64,000 nt of DNA from Patescibacteria group bacterium. GTDB lineage: Bacteria > Patescibacteriota > Patescibacteriia > UBA9570 > JAHJKD01. The stretch is from NCBI GenBank assembly GCA_041660885.1, contig JBAZVM010000001.1:102698-166697 (forward strand). Reading direction: 5' to 3'. How positions within the stretch are numbered: position 1 is the stretch's first letter; every line of letters starts with the position of its first letter. The notes below the pieces were generated by a model. The model was given only the letters and a program-made list of their open reading frames with translations. It was not told where the DNA came from and did not search any database. This document shows, piece after piece, positions 8,323 to 16,624 of the stretch. Both the position numbers and the translations under genes were made by a program.

Positions 8323-9543
8323 TTAATCAGCTGGTTTACAGCATTTATAAGTTGGGTCTTTTCCTTTGGCATGCGGGCATAAGTCTCCAGATAAGCAAGA
8401 TTCTGCGCCCAAGGTTGTCCAAGATTGAGTTTCCACAGATTTGCGACTTGTATCAACGCATTCATATTCCCCGTAAGTTGTCGGGTATTTTCTGGAAATT
8501 TGTTCGCATAAAGAAATGCAATCACAGTCTCCTGCGCATTCCCCATCCAGTATTGGGCTATTTTTATTGCATCCGGCTAAACAATCATCTAATTCTTGTT
8601 CGCATTCAGCATCACAAGCATTTTCGCATTCAGTTTGAATATCCTGATCATCTAAATATCCTAAACAAGTTGATACCACACAGGAGTCATCTCCTGCGCA
8701 ACCCGTTTCGCAGGTGTCATATTCCGGTGTTCTACCAGCAGATTCAATACATGTGTCCATTATGCATGAAGTACCGCAATCAGTGAGATCATGATCAGAA
8801 TTACAGCCATCACTGCAAGTAGTGGCTTGTGATTTTGCGCAAATACATTTCTCAGCTCCGGTAGCACCTTCATTGGTGCAATTATTGCAATAAGTTCCCG
8901 TTGAGGCAGTCTCAGTATTACAATCGGAAACAGTAGTAATTGCGCATGAGGGGAATTGCCACCATACATTTCCGTTTGATAATGTTACACTGCTGTCTAT
9001 ATTTGTTACATTTTTTCCTACAAGTACGCCGATTATAGTATTAACGCCAACCCAGGCGAAGGCCACGATAATAACGCCGGTTATGGCCGCGATGAGAATC
9101 TTTTTGCCTTTTTGCACTCGTTCTTCATTGCCTGAAGATGTTATCCAATAAAAACCACCGAGTACAAACATAAGCAATGTCATAGTGGACAAACTGCCCA
9201 TAATTATTTTTGAATATCCTATAACCGTATTAATCACGTCGCAAACAGTACAAGTGGAGGTACCGCCTTCTCCGCTTGTAGCGCATTCAGGAACTAAATG
9301 GAACTCAGTAGCCGTACTATTTGAAGTACTAGAATCGCTAGAATCAGACGGACAGGTCGGTCGGCTGCCATCAGGGCAATCCTCGCAAGTGGATCCGCCC
9401 GATAAAGTATAAGTACATGTTGCTAAAGCGCTGCCGCAGTAAGGATCTCCACCATCAGAGCATTGGTCATTAGCTGAACTAAAATTCGGAAAATATAAGA
9501 AAGTAATGAAGAATAAAAATAAAATACCAATTTTTTTATACAT
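8323..9543 (-). CDS. cysteine-rich secreted/membrane protein with an embedded VirB2/TrbC-like core (paralog 9, fusion)
   Basis: 406 aa. Signal peptide, then a Cys-rich N-terminal segment, then the core LSTMTLLMFVLGGFYWITSSGNEERVQKGKKILIAAITGVIIVAFAWVG, then a roughly 230-aa Cys/Asp/Thr-rich tail. Confidence 0.6.
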   Translation of the reverse strand: MYKKIGILFLFFITFLYFPNFSSANDQCSDGGDPYCGSALATCTYTLSGGSTCEDCPDGSRPTCPSDSSDSSTSNSTATEFHLVPECATSGEGGTSTCTVCDVINTVIGYSKIIMGSLSTMTLLMFVLGGFYWITSSGNEERVQKGKKILIAAITGVIIVAFAWVGVNTIIGVLVGKNVTNIDSSVTLSNGNVWWQFPSCAITTVSDCNTETASTGTYCNNCTNEGATGAEKCICAKSQATTCSDGCNSDHDLTDCGTSCIMDTCIESAGRTPEYDTCETGCAGDDSCVVSTCLGYLDDQDIQTECENACDAECEQELDDCLAGCNKNSPILDGECAGDCDCISLCEQISRKYPTTYGEYECVDTSRKSVETQSWTTLGAESCLSGDLCPHAKGKDPTYKCCKPAD

Positions 9544-9545
9544 AA

Positions 9546-10922
9546 TTATAGCGTTAATTTCATTTTTTGCGCGGCATCGTCCACTATATCTTCCAAAGGG
9601 AAGGCTTCATTAAGCGCGTTAGTAATCATTTGTGCAAAAATGGAGGCGGCTTCTTCCGGATTCTTGCCATGGTACCAGCTTTGCGCGGTAAGAGCTTGCT
9701 CGCTGAAAGTGGCTAATTCGTAATCTTCCAATTGAGTGCTTATTAAATTGCGGCGGGCCGCGGGTTTTTTGTTGGTATCTAGATATTTTTTAGCATTTGT
9801 TTCGTTCGTTAAGTATTGCACGAAAGCCCAAGCTAAATCGGAGTTTGCGGAATTCAGAGAAACGGATTCAAGCCAATAAGAAGGGTAATTAACTTGGTTG
9901 GAAGCGTTGATTTGCGGCAGGGGAGCCACATCGAAATTTAAGGTCGGAGCCAATTGTTTTATTTCCTGCAAATCGCGGTGATAGCCTATGTAGTAAGCCA
10001 GATTTCCCGCGGCAAATTCATCTAGGGCATTGGTTTTTGTTTCGTTCCAGGTATATGTTTCCCATTTATCTTGTGCGAATTTTACATAAAAATCCAAAGC
10101 TTCTTGGGCTGGTAATCTTTTGCTCCCGTTAATTTCCACTTCGCTGTTAAACTTGATTGAATTATCCGTAGCCATTTCCGCGCCAAATTGCATCATTAAA
10201 ACAGACATGATATCGAAATAATGCGGAATATTATCGGCTGTGCCCATGGCCACGCCGGATTGCAAGATGTTTCCTTGCTTATCTACTTTAGTTAATTCTT
10301 TGGTATGGTCTGCCACGGCTTGCCAATTGGAAGCGGGGACCGCGATGCCGGCTTGATTTAATAAATCTTTATTCCAATAAAGAGCCAAAGTATCAGTAGA
10401 TAGCGGCAAAGCGTATATTTTATTTGTAGCTTCATCTTCATCCTCTCCTTGGATGGCGAATACCGCGTCTTTGTAAACGGTATCGACGAATTGGGTGTTT
10501 AATTCCGAGGAACTGATGGATTTTTGCGCTACTTTCTGCACAATAGTCTGCTTTTTGCCCATAGTACTTTTTTGTTCCACGGTAGTTACCGTTATAGAAC
10601 TGGGCAATGGTGAAATATATTCGGAAAACTTTTTAACTCCGGTGTTTTGCACGGAAAAAATATCCGGCCCTTGGCCTTTAGCCCAGCCGTTGATCACTTC
10701 ATTTTCATATTCATCGTAATCTAACTTTTTAAACTCAATGACCACATAAGGATACATGGCTTGGAAGGACTCGATGAACGGGCTCACTTCTTCTTCGGTT
10801 AAATCGGCGCTCCAATATTGGAGGGTAACTGTGGCCGGCATGGTGCCGCTCTTGCTGCAAATGGCTCCGCTGGTGCTTAGCACCAAGCATAATAAAAATA
10901 AACCAATAATATATTTTTTCAT
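9546..10922 (-). CDS. ABC-transporter-type extracellular solute-binding protein (family 1, sugar-type); probable lipoprotein
   Basis: 458 aa. Signal peptide with Cys (..TSGAICS), then ..TLQYWSADLTEEE...GPDIF...ALYWNKDLL.., typical of SBP_bac_1. No permease or ATPase gene is adjacent. Confidence 0.7.
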   Translation of the reverse strand: MKKYIIGLFLLCLVLSTSGAICSKSGTMPATVTLQYWSADLTEEEVSPFIESFQAMYPYVVIEFKKLDYDEYENEVINGWAKGQGPDIFSVQNTGVKKFSEYISPLPSSITVTTVEQKSTMGKKQTIVQKVAQKSISSSELNTQFVDTVYKDAVFAIQGEDEDEATNKIYALPLSTDTLALYWNKDLLNQAGIAVPASNWQAVADHTKELTKVDKQGNILQSGVAMGTADNIPHYFDIMSVLMMQFGAEMATDNSIKFNSEVEINGSKRLPAQEALDFYVKFAQDKWETYTWNETKTNALDEFAAGNLAYYIGYHRDLQEIKQLAPTLNFDVAPLPQINASNQVNYPSYWLESVSLNSANSDLAWAFVQYLTNETNAKKYLDTNKKPAARRNLISTQLEDYELATFSEQALTAQSWYHGKNPEEAASIFAQMITNALNEAFPLEDIVDDAAQKMKLTL

Positions 10923-10927
10923 ATATT

Positions 10928-10956
10928 ATATTATAACATTTATTAATTTTTGTGGC
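10928..10956 (-). promoter_or_regulatory. sigma70-like promoter (TTGCCA-17-TGtTATAAT on the minus strand) abutting the SBP start codon
   Basis: The minus strand reads ttgcca caaaaattaataaatgt tataat ataat ATG. The -10 element ends only about 6 nt before the ATG, so the mRNA may be leaderless. Confidence 0.5.
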
Positions 10957-10960
10957 AAAA

Positions 10961-10990
10961 ATAAAATAAAAGCCCCAAATTAATTTGGGG
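10961..10990 (-). terminator. intrinsic terminator after the UGPase-family gene
   Basis: Minus strand: agccccaaattaatttggggct followed by tttatttt. Confidence 0.7.
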
Positions 10991-11003
10991 CTGTATATTT
11001 TGG

Positions 11004-12212
11004 CTAAAGATCATATTCCCGTTTAAGCAAATCTTTAAATTTTTTATCTTTCAAATAAATAAGCAGATCCACATAGCGCTTGGCCGGCCAAAAACGCTCA
11101 TCTCGCGGGACAACCAGATAATTGGAAGGAAGATTAACATCGCACGCAAAGTGTTCCAGCTGGAGCACTTCGCCTTCGGCTATTTTTTTCTCCGCGATTA
11201 TCAAGGGAAGATCTTCTTCATAATCAAGCAAGCTTTTCAAAGTAAACCAAAAATTATTCGTGTTAAAATATTTCAGGGAGGATTGCGCGAAATTTTGCGG
11301 GAACTTCATTTGTTCCACGATTTCTATTTTATTATCAACTAAACATGGCGCGCCGCCCTTGTCTCCTTTGGTTTTTGGCGCTACTTCCACGGTGCGGCCT
11401 TTTCTTTGCTGGATATGATAGCCTAAAATTGTTGGATTAATAGTGGACCCGAAGTTATCAATGTTATTGAAAAACATGTATTTTACGCCCGTAATTCCTT
11501 CTTCATTAAAATAATCGCGAGTTAAATATAGAAAATCGCCATGGCCGGCGGGTGCAAAACTCAAATGACCTTTTTGGTCGATAAAAAGTTCTGTTTCCGA
11601 AAGATTTTTCACCTTTTTAAATCTTGGCACTTTCGGCCTTTGTACAATGAAATGAAAGAGTTCCCTTCTTAACTGAGGATATTTTTTAAATAATTGATCC
11701 AGATGATCCCTGGTTGGCTTATCAGTTAAAAAACTGTTCATGATTAAAACCGGCGGGTGATCTTTTAATTTAAGCTCTGCAGTTATTTTTAATAAGTTAA
11801 TTATTTTAAGTTCAAGATAAGTAATATCATGAATCACCGGAGTAATGCCTTTTGGCAAGCTTCTTGTAAAACTGCTAATAAGGCTTAGCTCTTTCTGAAA
11901 TTTTTTCCTTTCTGCTTTTGTTATTTTACTGTCGTCGAAATATCTGGTGGCCGCTCCGCCGTTAAGCCAGAAAACCAATAGTTCCCCTTTTTTAATGGCT
12001 TCTTCGCCAATATTTTTTAAGCCGGATTCTTTCACGCTATCCAAAAAAGCGAACATGCTGTCGCTGGGCGCTTTCAGTTGTTTGGCCGAATAAATAAAGG
12101 AATCGTAGGTTATTTGGCCCAAAGAGAGCTTTAAGTGAAGCTCGTTGATTTGTTCAGGCTCCACCCCCTGTTTTAAAAGTTGGCTGTTTATTTCTTTTTT
12201 TGTTAGAAGCAT
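11004..12212 (-). CDS. UDPGP-family (eukaryotic-type) UTP--hexose-1-phosphate uridylyltransferase
   Basis: Motifs LVFWLNGGAATRY, APAGHGDFLYL and FFNNIDNFG match the LNGGLGT / PxGHGD / NxDNLG signatures of the UGPase/UAP family. Confidence 0.7.
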   Translation of the reverse strand: MLLTKKEINSQLLKQGVEPEQINELHLKLSLGQITYDSFIYSAKQLKAPSDSMFAFLDSVKESGLKNIGEEAIKKGELLVFWLNGGAATRYFDDSKITKAERKKFQKELSLISSFTRSLPKGITPVIHDITYLELKIINLLKITAELKLKDHPPVLIMNSFLTDKPTRDHLDQLFKKYPQLRRELFHFIVQRPKVPRFKKVKNLSETELFIDQKGHLSFAPAGHGDFLYLTRDYFNEEGITGVKYMFFNNIDNFGSTINPTILGYHIQQRKGRTVEVAPKTKGDKGGAPCLVDNKIEIVEQMKFPQNFAQSSLKYFNTNNFWFTLKSLLDYEEDLPLIIAEKKIAEGEVLQLEHFACDVNLPSNYLVVPRDERFWPAKRYVDLLIYLKDKKFKDLLKREYDL

Positions 12213-12216
12213 TCTT

Positions 12217-13080
12217 TTATTTTAGCAGTTTATTCCAGTCTGCGACAAATTTGGTAACGCCTTGATCGGTAAGTTGATGTTGAATATTATACTCTTCCCA
12301 ATTTTTATTAAGATTAATTTCTTCGTAAGGCATTTTTTTTAAATCTTTAGAATTATATTGGTATGTTTGATCAGGCAGTATGAAATTTTTTTCCGCCCAT
12401 AACTTTAATACTTTTGCCGGTACGGTGATGATATCCGTTTGTAATTGCAGGCAGCGCATAAGATGATCGAAAGTGCGTACGCTGGCCGCCAATGTTTGCG
12501 CGTGTCCGTCGCCATTTTTAAACATAGTTAAAGTATTTTCTATGAAATTCATGCCATCTTCATTGATATCATCCAGCCGGCCGATAAACGGAGAAAGAAA
12601 AACATCGCCTTTTTTGGCGGCTTTGGTGGCAGCGTAAACGGCTGCTCCTTGATTTTGGCTGAAACATAAAGTCATATTTACGCGGATGCCCGCGATAGTT
12701 AATATCTCAGCCGCTTTTAGCCCTTCATGAGTAATAGGCAGTTTAATATGGGCGTTATTTATCCATGTGTTCATTTCCATGGCTTGTTTTACCATTTCTT
12801 CAGCCGTGGTATTGGTATCGCAATAAACTTCTATGGAAACGGACCCCGCGGGGATAAGGGCGCTTATTTCTTGAATGGCTTTTTTGTAGGAAGCGTATAT
12901 TTCTTGCTGGGAGAATTTTTGCCCGGCTTTAAGCTTGGCCACTACTTCCGGGTTTTTGGCGAACAAGCTGGGATTGGTGGTTTGGCCGTCTAACCAGCCC
13001 AATAAAGCCAAAGTATCTTTGGTTTCTTGCGGATCCCCGCTGTCTAAAAAAATTTTACTGAATAGATTTTTTGGTTTCAT
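12217..13080 (-). CDS. tal: transaldolase family protein
   Basis: FLDSGDPQETK...DGQTTNPSLF...HIKLPITHEGLKAAEILTIAGIRVNMTLCFSQNQ. I place the start at MKPKNLF (13080); the longer track ORF, which extends to 13188, adds an implausible extension. Confidence 0.85.
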   Translation of the reverse strand: MKPKNLFSKIFLDSGDPQETKDTLALLGWLDGQTTNPSLFAKNPEVVAKLKAGQKFSQQEIYASYKKAIQEISALIPAGSVSIEVYCDTNTTAEEMVKQAMEMNTWINNAHIKLPITHEGLKAAEILTIAGIRVNMTLCFSQNQGAAVYAATKAAKKGDVFLSPFIGRLDDINEDGMNFIENTLTMFKNGDGHAQTLAASVRTFDHLMRCLQLQTDIITVPAKVLKLWAEKNFILPDQTYQYNSKDLKKMPYEEINLNKNWEEYNIQHQLTDQGVTKFVADWNKLLK

Positions 13081-13158
13081 AAAAAAAGTTGTTAGTTTTA
13101 TTATTCTAACAAAAAAATGGCTTTTGTCAATCACTAATATCTCTGTTATAATGCCATT

Positions 13159-13983
13159 ATGTTTGGTTTTAAAAAGAAAAAACTTCATTTAAACCCCAGA
13201 TACGGCAAGGCGGAAACGCCATCCGTGCACGAGTTCACTTTGGAAAAATATTACGATCTCTACAGCCGTAGCACAGAGGGAGCGGAAAAAATTCACACCC
13301 TTATTTTAGGCGCTACTCCGGAATTACGGGATATTGTTTTAAGCTATGGCCATCAATTAACCGTTGTAGACAGAAATAAAGAAGCTTTGGAAGAAAAAAC
13401 CCGATTAATGCATTATAAAAATTCTCCGTTAGAAAAAGTGATAATAGGAGATTGGCTGAATATCGATTTTCCCGCCAATTATTTTGATGTGATTCTAGGC
13501 GATGGCGTTTTAACCGCTTTGGATAAAGCAGAACAGCAAAAGCTATTAAAAATATTAAAGAAAATATTAAAGCCGACCGGCAGCCTGCTTTTGCGCGAGG
13601 AGGCTAAGGCTACGGAAAAAATAAATTTTGATCCATCGGATATAGTCAGCCACTATCGCTCCGGGCATTATAATATTTTTGATTTATTTTTTGGTCTTAG
13701 ATTGCATAATAAAAATTACAAAGCGGTTGATCCTAAAACTCAGCGCATTCGCTTGCAAGATTTTTTAAATAAATTGGACGAATACAATAAAAACGGAATT
13801 ATCAGCCAAGAAGAGCTAAAGCAATTAAAAAGTGTAGCCGAAGAGCTAGAGCATACTTTACTAAGCAAGACAGAAATTGAGCAGGCTCTGCATAACCAAT
13901 TCAGCCCCAGAGAAATCACCCATGATATTGGTTCGGGCCATTTATCACCTTGGTATTTTTTTCTGCACCAGCCGCGCGATTAG
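13159..13983 (+). CDS. class I SAM-dependent methyltransferase
   Basis: Motif I-like ILGATPELRD...VVDRN and DVILGDGVLTAL..LKPTGSLLL. Confidence 0.6.
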   Translation: MFGFKKKKLHLNPRYGKAETPSVHEFTLEKYYDLYSRSTEGAEKIHTLILGATPELRDIVLSYGHQLTVVDRNKEALEEKTRLMHYKNSPLEKVIIGDWLNIDFPANYFDVILGDGVLTALDKAEQQKLLKILKKILKPTGSLLLREEAKATEKINFDPSDIVSHYRSGHYNIFDLFFGLRLHNKNYKAVDPKTQRIRLQDFLNKLDEYNKNGIISQEELKQLKSVAEELEHTLLSKTEIEQALHNQFSPREITHDIGSGHLSPWYFFLHQPRD

Positions 13984-16093
13984 CCAATTTTGTTAGAAAC
14001 TCTTTTATAATACCTGTTTTATAAACCAGAAAGATTATTCCCGCCGTCAAAACGGCTATAGCTATTAATAAATAATTAATAATATTTTTGTTGTCGGATA
14101 TTTTATTCAGGCTCATATTGCTCCCTGTTTCCTCGGCATAAGCCGCTTTGATAATTCCACCACTTTCTTCGTTTGTGGCGCCTTCTTCGGTTGTGATATC
14201 TTCCGCGCTTCTGATTAATAAGCGGTATTCTTCTTTATATTGGCTGACAATGCCCGTGGCTTTTATCATCTGGCCTTCTTGGTATTTGCTTTTGTCGAAT
14301 TCCACATTGGATTTTATATAGATTATTACGCCGTTGGCCAAGGTGACTCTCGTGGTGGTTAATTCCAGAATTTGACCTTGCGTAGTTATTAATTTGCCTT
14401 CTAAATCTTCATCTAGAGACTCCGCCTCAGTCATATCTAAATCTTGTTCTTGATCAATTATTTCTATATCTTCCGCTAAGCTGATATTTATTCGTTTCTC
14501 GTTATATGCTTCAGATACTTTGCCTTTAACACGAATCAAATCTCCCACTTTCAAATCCGGAAAAAGTTTTTGCGAGGAATATATCTGCATGCCGGAAGAC
14601 GCATCTTGAATATAAAAATATTGGCTGCCTAAAATATTAGGGAGTACCGTAACCACCCCCTCGATACTGACCTTGGCATCTTTTTCCTGTTCGCGCGCTT
14701 CTTGAATACTAAGCAGAGGGTATTCTTCGCTTTCTGTTGTTGCCTCTTCCTCTTCTGTTGTTTGCTCCACTATATCGTTGCTCTCGTTAGGAGTGATTTT
14801 AGAAGACCAAGCCCATTCCGTGCCATCCGCGCTGTAACTGAAGCCGGTTATGGATTTAGGATATGTGACTTGTGAGATGGTTTTATCTTCCGGGTCCGTC
14901 AAAGTTATAGCCTCTCCCAAGTTATTTAAAGAAATTTTCGTTTCCGTTATATAAAATGCTTTATATTCATGCGCTTTTAATTTTATACTTTCTTCGAACG
15001 TGAAAGTGCGGCTTAAATCGGAAATGTTCCAGCCGAATAAATCCATTTCATTATCTTCGCCATTATAAATTTCGATAAATTCATCTTGCGTATCCGACCC
15101 CTCGGGATCAGGGAGTAATTCCGTAATTTTTATTTTATCGGAAAAGAAATATTTTTGCTCGTTTGCCGCATCTTCTATTTTATTATCATTATTTGGTGTG
15201 GGTTGATTTGTCCAATACCATTTTTGATCTTTATAACTATAGCTTTGGCCTTTTTCTCCGCCCGTATATTCTAAAGTTTGAGCTATGGTACCGTCTGGCT
15301 TATATAATTTTATAGTGTCACCATCATTATTAAGGGATATTTTAGTTTCATCTCCGTAAACCGTGTAATATTTTTCTATTTCCGCGCTAATAGTAAATTT
15401 TTTATCGGTGGCATCGCTCAGTTGCCAGCCATTTAAATTTACTTTTTTGTCTCCTTTATTTTTTAGTTCTATAAATTCAATTTCTCCTTCAACAGGATCG
15501 GCGTAAATTTCGTTTATTATAATATCATCGGAAAGTTCATATGTTGAATTATTTTGGTTGCTTTCAGGAAAAACATTCTCCGCGTTTGGCGTTGCCGGAG
15601 TAACCCAACTCCAATTATTATTACTATCACGGCTATAGCTATAGTCTTCTTGCGCGCTATCGGTAAATGATACGGCTTCCAGCTGCGTATTATCTGGTTG
15701 AAGAAGAGAGACAGTTTCACCGGAGTTGTTTAGGGATATGTTAGAGATAGAAGCGTAAATCGTAAAAAATCCGCCGGCTTTTATAGTTGTGTCGCTATAA
15801 TCGTCCGCGCTAATTTTATAGATTTTTTCCGACGCGTCTTTTAATTGCCAATCGGTTAGGCAGACATCGTCGCTTCCTAAATTTTTTAGTTCGATAAATT
15901 CAAACTCGCTATCTGTGCCAGAGGGGTTGGGCATAATTTCGTTGAGAATGATTTGATTTGAATAAGTAATCGGCCCTGTTTCCGGGTCTGTTGGGCATTC
16001 GCACGGGCAGGTGCAGTCTTCGGCAAACAAGATTCCAGGCATTATGGCTACTCCCCATGCTAGCCATAAGGTCATGATAATTTTTTTTGTCAT
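13916..16093 (-). CDS. lamin-tail-domain (LTD) repeat surface protein with an OB-fold-like region and a C-terminal membrane anchor
   Basis: Signal peptide. Three LTD starts (IILNEIMPNPSGTDSEFEFIELKN, IIINEIYADPVEGEIEFIELKN, IKITELLPDPEGSDTQDEFIEIYN) and a C-terminal TM segment NYLLIAIAVLTAGIIFLVY. Confidence 0.7.
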   Translation of the reverse strand: MTKKIIMTLWLAWGVAIMPGILFAEDCTCPCECPTDPETGPITYSNQIILNEIMPNPSGTDSEFEFIELKNLGSDDVCLTDWQLKDASEKIYKISADDYSDTTIKAGGFFTIYASISNISLNNSGETVSLLQPDNTQLEAVSFTDSAQEDYSYSRDSNNNWSWVTPATPNAENVFPESNQNNSTYELSDDIIINEIYADPVEGEIEFIELKNKGDKKVNLNGWQLSDATDKKFTISAEIEKYYTVYGDETKISLNNDGDTIKLYKPDGTIAQTLEYTGGEKGQSYSYKDQKWYWTNQPTPNNDNKIEDAANEQKYFFSDKIKITELLPDPEGSDTQDEFIEIYNGEDNEMDLFGWNISDLSRTFTFEESIKLKAHEYKAFYITETKISLNNLGEAITLTDPEDKTISQVTYPKSITGFSYSADGTEWAWSSKITPNESNDIVEQTTEEEEATTESEEYPLLSIQEAREQEKDAKVSIEGVVTVLPNILGSQYFYIQDASSGMQIYSSQKLFPDLKVGDLIRVKGKVSEAYNEKRINISLAEDIEIIDQEQDLDMTEAESLDEDLEGKLITTQGQILELTTTRVTLANGVIIYIKSNVEFDKSKYQEGQMIKATGIVSQYKEEYRLLIRSAEDITTEEGATNEESGGIIKAAYAEETGSNMSLNKISDNKNIINYLLIAIAVLTAGIIFLVYKTGIIKEFLTKLANRAAGAEKNTKVINGPNQYHG

Positions 16094-16488
16094 AATGGTT
16101 TGTCCTCTCCCCTTGATCCCCTCCCCATGTCTGGGGAGGGGCAGGAGAGTTGTTTGGTTAATTTTATTAAAATTGATAATACTTCAGTTAAATTATATTC
16201 AATCTCATAATTAGAAAAACGAATAAATGTAATGCCGTATTTTTCTAAATATTTTTGTCTGAATTGATCACGCATAATTTGTTTTTTATGCACTTCGCCA
16301 TCTATTTCAATCGCCAGCTTTATTTTAGGGCAATAGAAATCTATTATATATTTATCAACTATATATTGGCGCTTGAATTTCATGTCATAAAATTTACCGG
16401 CTTGAACTTGTTGCCAAAAAATTCTTTCGGCATCTGTTAAATTCTTCCTAAATTTTTTAGCAATATATAAACTTTCTTTATATTTCAT
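16090..16488 (-). CDS. DUF559 / Vsr-like endonuclease-domain protein
   Basis: AERIFWQQV...KFKRQYIVDKYIIDFYCPKIKLAIEIDGEVH is the DUF559 core. I place the start at MKYKESLY (16488). The 3' end reads through a G/C hairpin repeat, and the stop overlaps the LTD gene start (ATGA). Confidence 0.7.
   Translation of the reverse strand: MKYKESLYIAKKFRKNLTDAERIFWQQVQAGKFYDMKFKRQYIVDKYIIDFYCPKIKLAIEIDGEVHKKQIMRDQFRQKYLEKYGITFIRFSNYEIEYNLTEVLSILIKLTKQLSCPSPDMGRGSRGEDKPL
16104..16149. repeat. G/C-rich hairpin repeat, copy L (CCCCTCCCC-ATGTCT-GGGGAGGGG nested in CTCTCC...GGAGAG)
   Basis: Read directly; related copies lie at 16509-16547 and 57545-57618. Confidence 0.75.
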
Positions 16489-16508
16489 AGTGTTGTGCAA
16501 TAATTTTG

Positions 16509-16547
16509 TCCCCCTCTCCGGAAACGGAGAGGGGTAAGGGGAGAGGC
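16509..16547. repeat. G/C-rich hairpin repeat, copy R (CCCCCTCTCC-GGAAAC-GGAGAGGGG...GGGGAGAGG)
   Basis: Read directly; it flanks the other side of the DUF559 gene. Confidence 0.75.
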
Positions 16548-16624
16548 AAACAAAAAAACGGCTCACAAAGAGAGCCGCCTATATTATTTTCTATTATATA
16601 TAAGAAAAAAAACCTGTCAAATAT

